DNA of 62,202 nucleotides, counting the filler, from Choristocarpus tenellus KU-1152 (Eukaryota > Protista > Phaeophyceae), in assembly GCA_964200185.2 (NCBI GenBank). It is 13 parts of 13 records of this genome, joined end to end, with 100 filler letters (N's around TTAATTAATTAA, not from the genome) between each part and the next. Parts side by side here need not be neighbours in the genome. Positions count along the whole stretch, not along the records: positions 9,550 to 15,588 come from CAXNAD020009098.1; positions 15,689 to 18,638 come from CAXNAD020023427.1; positions 18,739 to 21,521 come from CAXNAD020024795.1; positions 21,622 to 26,882 come from CAXNAD020011327.1; 9 more parts are not named here. One strand, 5' to 3'. Each line of letters starts with the position of its first letter. The stretch's first letter is position 1. Below, piece after piece: positions 10,131 to 22,299 of the stretch. Both the position numbers and the translations under genes were made by a program. The notes under the pieces were generated by a model that did not search any database, was not told where the DNA came from, and saw only the letters and a program-made list of their open reading frames with translations.

Positions 10131-13100
10131 TCACACCTCTGTTAGGCTGAACCATTCCTCTTCCTCGTCAGGAGTGGAAATAATTGTGACCCTGTCCGTC
10201 AAGATGACTTCATTCAAGTTGAACTCTTCAAGCTGAAGGGTTGTGCCACTGCTTCTAGCGCCTTCAAGTAATGTTGTACGACAGGTGGAAACCTCAAATA
10301 CACGCGTGCGGGTGTCACCCACGTAGAAAGCTGTCAGATTAAAACAATACACCAGGCAAGCATAGCAACTTATATTAGTGGTACGAAGGTGAAAGGTGTG
10401 GATGGATTTGGCGGAATGGGCTCCGGTGCATTTTCAAACAGCACTATACTTTTTCATTATATCTTACACATGATTTCCCCACTAGAACAGAACGTCAGGG
10501 GTGGAAATCCTCCTTGCAAGTATCTCACTCACTTCTGATGTTTTTTGATGTGACCTACGCTTGGAATTGGTTTCCAATTCGCCCTAATCAGCAGCTTGAA
10601 CAGAAACTGCAGCAAGTACTCAAAATACCAAGTGATGGTATTGCTTGATCCCAAACAGCCATATTGTACATGGTCGTTCGATGCACCTGGTCTGCTCTTT
10701 TCTGGTCAATGGTAGACTCACGACAACAGTTAAAACACGCCAGCAAACCCAACCAGTTAATCACCAAATGTACCTCTTACCGATATCGACAGCCCTCAGT
10801 GGCTGGTCCGAACCGAAGGTGTAGGTAATAGAACATTTGTAAACGCCAAGACTAGTGTTACAGGACCACCTTGATGTCCCGCTAAGACTCCCATCCTTGG
10901 GTGCAGTCAAGTCATGAGGGAAGATGGGCAGTGGTTCATAGACAGCAATAAATGCACAGTACAAGATTTGTCAACTTGTATTTTGAAACTGGTCGTGTTA
11001 GAGGCCCTCGGTAGGGTAAATTTAACGATAATGAAGCACTCACCCGTGTAAGATCTGCTGTACAGCCATAGGGATCGCAACCCTCTTCTACAAGGAGTCG
11101 CCTGTCATACCCAGTGGCACACACATCAACTGGTGTCTTCGTCCCAACTTCCACCCAAGAATCTGGTTTAGTAGAGGTGTGTGATGTGTTCGTCTGGGGG
11201 TGGGTGGGTGATACCACAAAGATGCAATAATGCACACTGTACACACCTCAGAACTGGATTTTGAACTTAATGTGTCCAGAGGACAATGTTTTATGCTGTG
11301 AGTGAGACGAGACATGATGGCAAAGCAGTGTGATGTGTGACTAGTTGAGGTAAACCTGGTCTAAAAATGCCTACATGCACTGCGTTGACTTTGAAAAGTT
11401 AGAATATGCAGAATGCAGGGCCACAGCAAGGCGCAATTGGAAAGATGGGTGAATTACTTTAAGAGGAATCGCTACAGCAGAAAAAAATCAAAGGACGTCG
11501 AATATCAATTTTTGTGTATTATTCACTATCATTGCTTTATCTGTTCACTTTCAGGAAAGGAGTCTGAGATGTTCTCTCTTGGGGATGATTTTATATGTGA
11601 TCTTCGCTTTGTTCTCTCTCACGAGCATAATCATTGTATCGGCACAACTGTAAGCAGAAGAAGAGAAATGACAATTCAATGTGATGTGTGTTAGTGTGAT
11701 CAGTGGGTGCTTAAGGCGACCATGGGGACAGGTGAAATGTGATATACACTCTTCCTTGTGCACACTAGGAACTACAGCCTGGTGGTTTTATGATGAAACT
11801 GAAGCAGAATGGGAGGATGAAACTTACCCTCATAGTATTTTGGCTCTGGTGGGACCGATCACTGGTCTGTCAGCAATTGATTTTCTGCTCTCATTGACTG
11901 CGGGCTAGGTCTCAGATAGCTTAATTGCAATGGACCGGCAAGAGTTCAACTGGTTATAATCGTGAGTCGTAAATCCTACAAATCCACAACTCCAACTTCA
12001 GGTATTATGTGTAGTACAATTTATATACTTTTAATGTAGTACCGCTAGAGTTTTTACACTTTGAGGTATTACTTGGTAAGTCTCAAAGCAATGTTTCCAA
12101 CTTTACTACGTCTCTATAGAAACAATCCAATGCTAACACCGTTACAACATACTCCATGTTATTACAGGTCATTGATTTAGTCACAGTAGCTGCATAGACT
12201 GGCTCTTGTATTGAGTATGTGTGCCAGCATACGATCAAAGTGTAGCATTGGCCCTTCCTTCTTTATGTGCTCGTCACAGATACAACTGAAGCACAACTTA
12301 CCCCCTTTGTGGTTCACTCACTTTCAATAGCAAAAGCTTAGCACAGGTGAACTCAAGGGGGCGACTTCACTGTTGATTTCTAGATGAGATATTTCAGTCG
12401 TTAATTTACTGTTGAGGTGATAGGTGCTCCTTAATCAAGAATTACTTCTCAAACGGATGTTGGATTTCTGTCTTTGGCCGAGTGCAAGCACTGTGGAAGG
12501 GAAAGTCTCACCTCTTCCTTCACTGCAGCACTGTGTGTCGTCACAGGTGAGCACACACTCCTTACTACCGTCAACTATTGTACCCACTGTACAGGTGTGG
12601 GAGTCGCAGGTGGCAGGTTCTTGGGCAATTCTGAAGTTCGCCACTGTAGCCTGTTAGCGAGTCAACAGGATGACAAATATCTATTTCATTTGTGCAACCT
12701 CAAGAAGAAGAATAGCCAACTAACTTCAATAGTACTGAGTTCCTCCTGCCAGTATCAGTCATCGTTCCTTCTGGGATAGTTACAAAAAATGACCAACACG
12801 GGAACGCACTTACATGAATAGCATAGGGCCCCAGCCACTATCGCCACATCAGTATATAAATAGTAGTTCCCTATACAGGGTATACAGTCTTCGAATATTT
12901 AGAAGAGCTTTTTTTTATCTTGGGACAATCCACAGAAATCGTGAAACCTATTGTCTCACCATGGCATCCCTAACCCTCCTTGCGTTATTAGCTGTTGGAG
13001 TTCCTGTTGGCTTGCCAAGATAATCGATGTCTGGGTTGGACATGTATGGTGCTACCGGGGCATAAGAACTTGGGCAACTGTAGGACATGACGGTACGGTA

Positions 13101-15530
13101 TCTGAATACACAATATAGAAAAAAGAGGTCGAGAGCTTTTATGGCGGGTAGTGTAACTCAGACATGAAGGTGTGACTACTTGCACTACCTGCATCTTCCT
13201 GTTACCCCAACTGTGATGGTTTGGTGTCATAATTCTACTTCCAACTAACAATTTCAGGGTCCAAAAAGGAAAAGAAAAATGCATCAGTTGCCACTGGTAT
13301 TTGGAAGGAAAAATCATTGTCTGAGCACGTCAATAGGTTTCGAGCAAGTGTGGACGTACTGTACAAAAAGATGCCTTGACAAACCTCTACATCGCTGGTG
13401 CATCGTCTTCCTCATCATGAAATGCTGGCGATATTTCATATCCCCATTGAAAGAGGATTCTCAACCATTGTGACTCACAGGTCTGTCCCTTCGCAGTATC
13501 GATACCCGTAACGGTAGCCAAGGCCTGGAGGAGCATTGTCTTCGTCATGGTGGCAGCCCAGATTATGTCCAAACTCATGAAGGGGGACAAAATTGTCGAG
13601 ACAGGTCCTGTGTACTACTGACACACCGAGTGGAGCAAACCCGGTTGTGATGGTTCCCATGAGGTACCTGAAGAGGGAATAAAGTCCTTGTTACATACTT
13701 TGATATCAGTTCCATACTATGCAGTAACTTCAAGTTTGTTGTGATGTTAGGTGTTACTTAACGTACACGGAGTGATATCACATACCACGTTACAGGTGAC
13801 ATCGGTGCCACAATCTAGCAATTGTCAATGGGGGCATCAAATCGAGCATACAGTTCATTCCAAAATATAGCCTAAGGACTTCAAGGATGAATATAACACA
13901 ATTTCATTTTATGCACTACAGGCATGCAGGAGACACACAAGACAATGATAGAGATCTGGTGTGTATTTTGCAGCATGGCAGTACTCACGCAATGCCACAA
14001 TAATCGTTGTAGTTACCGACCAATTGTACCAAGTCAGCACTGTATGTGTTTCGTAGTTGAAACGCGCCGTCAACACTCCCAAACCTTAATCTGCTGAGAT
14101 CTGTGCGGGAGGACAAACCTGACTGGACATAGCTTGTCTAGACCAGGTGCAAGATTTGGGCAATGAGCAATCAGCATAAAAGTGGCAACATGAGGTTGGA
14201 CATGAAAAGGAAGAAGCATTAGGTATGGAAATCAAAAATCAGGTCAACCCCGTTCTGACCAGTATATGTAAAACACTATGATGTTCGTAAAATTCCCCGT
14301 GTGTACCAACAGCTACTTCAAAACAAGGGCTACATACCCCCCTCGAAAGTGTTTTAAGCCCATTGTTCATGATCACAATAACCCAAACATCCTGTTTTTT
14401 CCAAATAGTCGCACCTCATGGAAGTGTGCTCACAATGTGCTGGGCTACTAAACCAATTGCACAATACACGGTAACGAAATCTTCAGGATTCAGGCTTACA
14501 CTTGTCGATCTCTCTTGTAACAGCAATAAAACGTAACTTAACTCAACTATTTCTAACCACTTGACCCGTGGCAACTGTGGCAACAAAATCAAATGTCAAC
14601 AAGCACTATCAAAGTTGTTCACAGAGAGGACAGTTACAAATTGTGGCCAGAGATGAAGGGCATGGGCACCATCTGTGATAGCAGTAATGCCACATTCACG
14701 TTGTATGTGTCATTCCGTTCTCGTTGAATATTGAATCGAAAAGAGGTTATTGCTAAGAACCCTATCGAGAATCAGAAGGAGATTCCTCACGGCAATTGTA
14801 CAATCTGACGTTGTGATAGTATCATGGTGGCCTACCTTGGCACCAAGCAGATTGTGGTGCTTTGTTTGACACTGTTAGTGATACTTCTTAAAAGGCTGCA
14901 AAAAAAAAGAAAGAAGGTCAAAACGATACTTTTCGGGCCTTATTTTCTTCAACGGCATACGAAGACACACTTGCATTTCGTGTATGACCTAACTTACCTG
15001 CTCCACATGTACTAGGTTCAAGGTGAGGTCGACGTCAGAGTTTTGTAGAGCCAGGTTGGAATCCACGAATGACGTAACAATTTCAGTCTCCAGTTGCTGT
15101 GCCGTTGTTCTGATTGCTTCAGCAGTATACAAAACAAGCACATCGATCTTCCATTGAAGAACAGGGTGAGGGAAATGAAGGTGGTGGAGAGTCATGAGAC
15201 AATATAAATGCAATACATTGTCTGAGCCCTGGAGAATCATCTCCACACACTACGGCAGTAGGAAATCGACAATTACCATTGACAACATTCCAAGTTTTGA
15301 GTTTGGGGATCATTTGAGCAAGGCAACTAGGGGAAGGGGAACATATATAAAAGGGTCCAGTTGGAGGCAAAGGTTAGGGTTAGAGATTACGAAGTAGAGA
15401 TTTTAACACTGACCTGGACATCAGTTTGTAGTCTGCGGCCACTTGGCATGATCACGTGATTTCCTTTAAGCGGCTGGAGTCCCTGCTTATGGAATACATC
15501 CTTGTTCTCAGTACTCGACAAAAGGTATTC
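10131..15530 (-). CDS. Multi-exon metzincin zinc metalloprotease (reprolysin-like / peptidyl-Asp metallopeptidase type) with a Cys-rich module and C-terminal CBM32/F5-8 (discoidin-like) domain; 5' end missing
   Basis: Phase-consistent GT-AG exons: 15530-15414, 15147-14998, 14137-13989, 13667-13479, 13101-12960, 12650-12512, 11162-11044, 10895-10781, 10330-10137 (terminal exon uncertain). Protein motifs: RRLQ, IDVLVLYT, ADLVQLV...CGIAY, HEFGHNLGCHHD (HExxHxxGxxH), Met-turn YRTVMSY, MSNPD...NNARR, then SRWSC...ITYTFG...FYVGDTRTRVFEV...SSGTT...WFSLTEV. Confidence 0.88.
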
Positions 15531-15561
15531 CTGGAGTAACACATTTGGTAGGGGTGATATT

Positions 15562-15588
15562 GGCTCAAAGTATCTGGGGGGGGGAGGG
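15562..15588 (+). mobile_element. MITE family A terminus at contig end
   Basis: GGCTCAAAGTATCTGGGGG followed by a G-run and the gap. Confidence 0.8.
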
Positions 15589-16820
15589 NNNNNNNNNNNN
15601 NNNNNNNNNNNNNNNNNNNNNNNNNNNNNNNNTTAATTAATTAANNNNNNNNNNNNNNNNNNNNNNNNNNNNNNNNNNNNNNNNNNNNGTGGACGATCAC
15701 AAACCCCACACTGTAGAATAATAATATGGTAGTTTAGGCTAGTCTCACCCGCACGCTTAGTCAGCGGAATCGAGACCAAGCCCTTTGTATTTCTAACATT
15801 GTTCATCTACATCAAGGTGTTCTTTGTCCTTCATTAAAGCACCATAAAAGCCGCGGGTCTAGTGTGGGATAGTTCAACAACACATACACTTTGGAGTATT
15901 CACATTGTGCATTTGGGAATACTCTCCACACCTAGAGAAGATATTTGATGTCTCAGATATATTTTCAGTGTACTATGTGTTGATGGATTACTCTTTGGAT
16001 GTAATGTAGGGTTTGCTTCGATGTGCAGATGGACCAACAAAATAGTCACACTGGTTGCGATGTATCGATTCGATGTATTTTCATTTCGTATACTCACAAA
16101 TTACAGCAGTCCCGACCGCACACCTAACTTGTAGTACCAGCAGATTGCGAAATTTGCGTCCAATACTTCGTTGGTCATTTTCCTGTCTCTCTGTAAGTGT
16201 GATCCCCACTTAAGCTCTGCTCCCTCATGTGGGTGGGTTGCAGTCTGCATTAGGACCAAATTGAAAGTGGGTTAATCTCCTCTTTAAATGTATTTATTTA
16301 TTATACCCTCTGACATTTTCAGACTTGCCAAGGGAAAAACTAACGAAAACTATTCACGTATCTGAAAAACCCGTACTATAAAATGCTGTACTTTCACTAT
16401 GAAGAATAAACCGCAGAAAGTAAACAGCTAAACTCGAAAAATGTCTTCTTCCTCTTGAGAATCAAGGTGGTACATACAGTCTGATTTTCAGAGTATTTTG
16501 GTGTACGGATCCATACTACTACCACTACCATTAATCCTCTTGTGCAAGCTTTGGTGACTATCCTCCATTCTTGCTCCAAATGTTTTCACGTTATTTTTGG
16601 GTGATGGGCAGGTATAGGACTCCCTTACGCCCACTCTGCCTAAACAATTATATTTGTTACAATTATTAGAGTACTTTATGTCCAGCGGTGTACCATGAGG
16701 TGTCATCGTCCGTTTTCATCTGTCGTCACTCCCTTTTGTCACAAGATTTGCACAAATGTTCCCGTTCGTGGGCCCCAACAACAGTTTTCAAGACTCCCTT
16801 CCCCACACCATTGAAGTGCA

Positions 16821-17032
16821 CAGGGGAATCTCCCTGTATTTCGGAACCCCCACCGTCCTTGGGAACCACCGCTACCATACTTTTTTCAGTTCTTCAAACA
16901 AAGTTTAGGGTTATTTTTCACACACGGATTCGGGTTCGGGTTAGAGATGGGGTTAGGTTTTCAAATATGCGTGCGATAAAGTGAAAAAATATATTACAGT
17001 GGGGGTTCCCGAAAACAGGAAGGATTCCCCTG
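16821..17032. mobile_element. Small TIR element (~210 bp) with internal telomere-like repeats
   Basis: About 35-bp imperfect TIRs, CAGGGGAATCTCCCTGTATTTCGGAACCCCCACCGT and ACAGTGGGGGTTCCCGAAAACAGGAAGGATTCCCCTG, flanked by TGCA on both sides. Interior has TTTAGGGTT and TTCGGGTTCGGGTTAG. Confidence 0.75.
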
Positions 17033-17175
17033 TGCACTGCACCATTTTCGCCGCTTGGACTTGCAGTATCCCTTTGGCAACACTTGAGACATGATAATAT
17101 TTTGAAATCTGCTTCGCAAGTTCGTTAGTGATAGAATATGTCTTTCTCCTGTGGATTCTCCAAGATCATAGGTAT

Positions 17176-17434
17176 GAGTGAAAGAATCTTAGGGGGTATG
17201 GGTTTTGCCCTGTTTGTTCGTTTGGGGCTTGCCTTCCCACGGTTTATTTTATGACATTTCACCTCTCCGAAACGTTTCAGAGTAGGTAAAATATATAAAT
17301 TACAAAAAGGTAAGTCCGGAACAAGGATACTGACACTTCCTAACAACACACGATAGTCAAATTTAATCAAAATCACAATATTGGATTTTGGCCCCCAAAT
17401 GGACGCGGCTCTACCCTCTAAGATAATTTTACTC
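17176..17434 (+). mobile_element. MITE family B, complete copy
   Basis: GAGTGAAAGAATCTTAGGGGGTA ... TACCCTCTAAGATAATTTTACTC, flanks GTAT/ATAT. Confidence 0.9.
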
Positions 17435-18101
17435 ATATGTCGAAACGGACATCATCCCCTCAAAACGTTGACCGTCTCAGCTTTCCCATGGAAATTAGGT
17501 TACTTAGTATGCGGATGTGTAGGGTTCATAAACCCAACAGCCTATCAAGTGAGAACCTAAAGCATGATTCAAATAACTTCTTTGACATGATTAATGGGCG
17601 TACAATGTGGCGATAGGTGGGCTCCTTCCAGGAAACAGGAAGGGTGGGACCTGTCAATGGCACAGTCGCTAATTTCTGGGAAAAAAACAACTATAATGTT
17701 GTGTTATATGAGATGCGCTACCGTAGATATCTCTCGGAGCCTGAGTGAGACTCTCAACTTGAGATGTGTCATTGAAGGAGTCCCTCAGACCTTCTCTCCA
17801 CATATAATCCCAACTGACATTTGAAGATGTTATCATGGAGGGAACAAGAATAAACATATATATTAACCTTGTATTTTACCTACATTTTGTCGTGCTTGAC
17901 AATAACCTCTTCAAAAGAAAAGTCAGGGTGGTTATCAACTCGTCAAACCTACCATAGTGTCAGTCAGACTTCATAAAAAATGAAAATCGCTTGGTTTAAA
18001 CCACATGCAACTGTCCAACATTAACCATACAAACATGTACCACCAGTGTAAGACACAAAAAGCGCATCTTCAAAGGTATAGTTAGTTTCTGGTTGGGTTT
18101 T

Positions 18102-18360
18102 GAGCGAAAGTATCTTAGAGGGTACGAGTTTTGCCCTGTTCGTCCATTTGAGGTTTGGCTTCCCATGGGTTCTTATGACATCTGAACCACTCCGAAATGT
18201 TCTGGAGTGGGTAAAAAGTACACGTTATGAGAATGGGTGTCCAGAACCAAGGATATTGACACTTCCCAACAAACACGATAGCCAAAATTTCATCGAAAAC
18301 ACAATATTGGATTTTGGCCCCCAAATGGACGGGACTCTACCCTCTAAGATACTTTAACTC
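18102..18360 (+). mobile_element. MITE family B, complete copy
   Basis: GAGCGAAAGTATCTTAGAGGGTA ... TACCCTCTAAGATACTTTAACTC, TSD TTTT. Confidence 0.92.
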
Positions 18361-18738
18361 TTTTGGGGTGAGAGAAGGAGTGTTTCAAAAGATTACGAAG
18401 TACTTGATTGAGCGAATTTCAACCCTCTAAACTCGAGGGGTTTGTGATTTTTTCGAGCATAACGACAAATGAACCATCAAAATTGTGTGTGTGTACCTCA
18501 CTAAGTGTTGGCACTCTCAAAAAGTGTATTTTTTGTTCCATCATAGATGGAGTGTGAATTGAATGGACGAAAATATACACTAACTACTATGTTGTTGCTG
18601 CCCAAGTTTGGCTGGTGTGGCGATACCGAACCCCCCCCNNNNNNNNNNNNNNNNNNNNNNNNNNNNNNNNNNNNNNNNNNNNTTAATTAATTAANNNNNN
18701 NNNNNNNNNNNNNNNNNNNNNNNNNNNNNNNNNNNNNN

Positions 18739-18968
18739 GGTAGAGCCGTGTCCATTTGGGGGCCAAAATCCAATGTTGCGATTTTGATGTAATTTTGGCT
18801 ATTGTGTTTGTTAAGAACTGCCAATATCCTTATTCCGGACACACATTTTCATAATGTACACATTTTACCTACTCCGAAATTAGGAAAATGTCATAAAAAC
18901 TCCGAGGGAAGCCAAGCCCGAAATGGACAAACAGGGCAAAACTCGAACCCTCTAAGATACTTTCACTC
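18739..18968 (-). mobile_element. MITE family B, truncated by contig start
   Basis: Reverse-complement copy ending CCCTCTAAGATACTTTCACTC. Confidence 0.9.
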
Positions 18969-21117
18969 ATAGGATCAAGACATCCAGTCGATGATTCAAA
19001 ATGCCAAGGAAGCATGATGCCAGTTGATTTGATTACAATGCCAAGGCCACAGTCTTCGACGCACTTCAATTTGTCTGTTCAGGCAAGAAATGAGGCGTAT
19101 GCAGTTCTGCAATACCACCAGATTTGTGACACCTTCTGAACGCAATTCAAGAACACAAATACAGAAGTAACATGGACCTATAAACGATCTAATTTTGGTT
19201 TGTGGAAAGTACGCCTCCTTAGAGTAACTGTTCAGGTTTGCGTGGGAAAGTTCACCTTGTGCGAGGTCACCAAGGTCTCCTGGGTGAAGGGAAAGACATG
19301 CCGCCCTACACAGAACCCCAGACTAAGGAACTTGTTTCACCTTCTTAATTATTAACCGTTCCCCCCTCCCCTCATGCCCCCAGTAGGAGTACTAGTCTCG
19401 TGTGAGACTCTGGCCTTAGCAACAATACCGTGAGTGGTATCTCAATATCCCGAAAAAAAGAAAAGAAACAAGACATGGAGTATATAAACACCAATTGGAC
19501 TCTTCCCATATCTCTATTTGGGCAAAGGAAAATACCTTTGACTTGAGGGTGATATGGGAAATGCCAAGGTTAAGATGATTGTTCACTATGTGGACAGGTG
19601 ATGGACTACAGACTAGGTAGGGCGTTACCCTGACCTTTGATATTGCTAAGATATTGAGATACCACTACATTGCCAGGGCACAAGCCCCTCGAGAGACTGC
19701 GGGCATGACCAGTATCTCACTCGATATCTTAACATTAATTTCTCCATAATTCTCTGGAAAAATGCCTTCCATAGATTAACAATAGTTAGAAATGACCAAA
19801 ATGACAACTGTTTTGCCATCTATGGAGTGCGCAGAATGTGATTCACCCCCCAAATCATCCCCCTCCCCTTCCCCCCCCAAAAAGAATGTATTAACAAAAA
19901 ATAATACTCTGTATATCAAAATCAGGAACATGCTTACTTCAGCACAAAGTAGCAATACGCAGTTCATAGAGAGGTCTAGTGTATTCTTCAAAGTAGTATA
20001 TATATATAGTAGTAATATGTATGAACAAATCTTATCATGTCCCCTAAAAGGAGGGATAGACCGACATACGCCCAAATTTGGTCCTTCAACATAAGGAATA
20101 CTCCGGAGGACACAGAGAGTAAGTTCACAAATTGTTTGGACCTGTAGAATTGAAGAAGAGCACATACGCTTTCCCCTGCAAATTTGGGGGGCTCGCTTCA
20201 TTCTTCTACCTCCTACTCATGATGGCCCCCAACCAGGAAGAACCGACTCACACAATACTCTAGTACTTTGAAGTACTACTGTTAGTATACTGCTTCAAAG
20301 TACTACATACTGAGGGCACATGGAATCTACTCCAGAGTGCATAGCTACAGTGTGTGCTTGAACGATACACAATACACTCAAATATAGACACCTTAGAACC
20401 TGTCTCAAACAGCCCCCCCCCCCCAGCATTGTTCCTTGCCTGGAAATATGTGGACGCACTTGTATTCTGAAAACAGAAAAGCATCACCAGACACAAGATA
20501 GATGGCTTTCATGGGCGTACTCACAAGCAAGAACGAGCTCTGTATACCATCCCTTCCTGCATAATATATTTTCTCAAACAAGAACAAAAAAACTGTTAGA
20601 AATTGCACCACATCATAGGATAAACATTGTGCCGCTCTTGGCTTGACAGAACAAACAGAATAGCCAACACTAACAAGGAGGGAGGCTCCTCAGTCGTAAA
20701 CAGGTACCCATTGTTGGGTTCCCCCTCTTTCCTATGACACGACACTCTTCTTTCTACTTCATGCATAGAAGGAAAAAAAAAACTACGAAAAAAAAAAAAG
20801 AATTTTTTTTTAGCAACCACAACCATTCCTCAAAACAACACAACAACCACAACACAAAAAAACCCCAGCCCCCNNNNNNNNNNAATAGAAAACAGGTACC
20901 AATTATTGGGTTTCCCCTATTTCTTATAAAACGAAACTCTTTTTTCTAAAGAATAAAAAAAAAAAAAAAAAAAACTACGAAAAAAAAAAAGTTTTTTTTT
21001 TTAGTAATAAGAACAATTCCTCAAAAGAACACAACAACAAGAACACAAAAAAACCCCAGCCCCCTCAGCGGAAAATCCATCCTACGCCTTCTTCCATTGA
21101 CCTATCAAAGCGCTTCA

Positions 21118-21300
21118 TCAGTCAATGGTAAATCCCGTTTGCTCAAAGCATATGCAGAGGGTCACACACTCCTCCAGCTCCTTCTTGGTTGAGTACACGG
21201 GCAGATCTAGCTTGTTGAAGCACGTGTGAGCTCGAGGAAAGGCTGACTCACGCTTCCGGATGGACTGCATCGAAAACGCTCTGAAATTGCCGTCGTTGCT
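21118..21300 (-). CDS. HECT E3 ubiquitin ligase, last coding exon
   Basis: After a CAG acceptor the exon reads SNDGNFRAFSMQSIRKRESAFPRAHTCFNKLDLPVYSTKKELEECVTLCICFEQTGFTID*. It contains the catalytic P-x-AHTCFN-x-LDLP-x-Y motif and the terminal GF at -4. Confidence 0.93.
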   Translation of the reverse strand, partial: SNDGNFRAFSMQSIRKRESAFPRAHTCFNKLDLPVYSTKKELEECVTLCICFEQTGFTID

Positions 21301-22299
21301 CTGCGGTTTTTGTGCGGTTTTTGTAAAGACACCCAAGGCGAGGTACAAAAATGAGTCAACTGTTTAGCAAACAACAACCAAACGTGCAAAAAATAGTAAT
21401 AAAAAGGAGAAAAAATTCAACAAAAAAAAAGGGGGGGGGGGGGGGGGGGGGGAGAACAAAAAAAAAAAAAAAGCGGCCAAGTACCACCCCCGCGGCGCGG
21501 CGGGGGCCACCCCCAGCAACANNNNNNNNNNNNNNNNNNNNNNNNNNNNNNNNNNNNNNNNNNNNTTAATTAATTAANNNNNNNNNNNNNNNNNNNNNNN
21601 NNNNNNNNNNNNNNNNNNNNNGTGCAAGACACTATCTGCTGTAAGTAGGATGTGACAGCTCCTTTCCTCCTATACCCTCCCTCCCTCTCCCCCCTGCTGC
21701 TGCATGTGTAGCCAAACTCATCCTGAAAATCTTCTATTTGCTTACCGATGCACCCGAAACTTTCCACTGTCAAGGTGTTGAGGTTAAAACTACGAGGGTC
21801 AAAAGAACCCTCATAGTGGATGCGCTTCGCACCTCAGCTGCAGCAGCAGCTACGCCGCTGCTGGTGGATGAGTGTGGCAGATGGGAGGCTGCTTGTACTT
21901 CTACAAAGGTAACATCAAGGAGGAGGCCTTTTGTGCAAAATAGGACAATAATGAGGTGTACCTTATTTTGTGTATATGAGATTATTGTGTTGAATTGAGT
22001 CCCTGTGATATAACTAGTGAGATAGTACATCTGGATTACATTATGTATGGGATTTTGTATTGGTATTTATTCCGCATTCAACTACTTTGACATAACTGAC
22101 ATAACCATTGACTTGGATAGGAAGCACAAATAAATAATAAACAGCAATGAGACGACACCATACAAAGGTCACTCTTCTAATTCCAACCATGTAATCACGT
22201 TCAGCAAAGGGGGTCGTGTGAGGCTTCACACCTTCTTATCTTCACTACTAACAAATAGCATTACCTCCCAAGGTAATTTGCACACCTTTGTCTCAATAG

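Noticed and set aside
18102-18360. Direct RAG/Transib identity of the MITE ends
   Set aside because: No CAC terminus, no heptamer/nonamer sequence match, and the TSD is 4 bp rather than 5 bp. Only the architecture is analogous.
20690-21066. Tandem duplication in the HECT gene 3' region around a 10-N gap
   Set aside because: The two versions flank a scaffold gap and differ mostly by A-biased errors, so this is likely an unmerged low-quality overlap.
21351-21569. Lys/Gly-rich ORF KKKGGGGGGGRTKKKKK
   Set aside because: Homopolymer-rich low-quality contig end within an intron.
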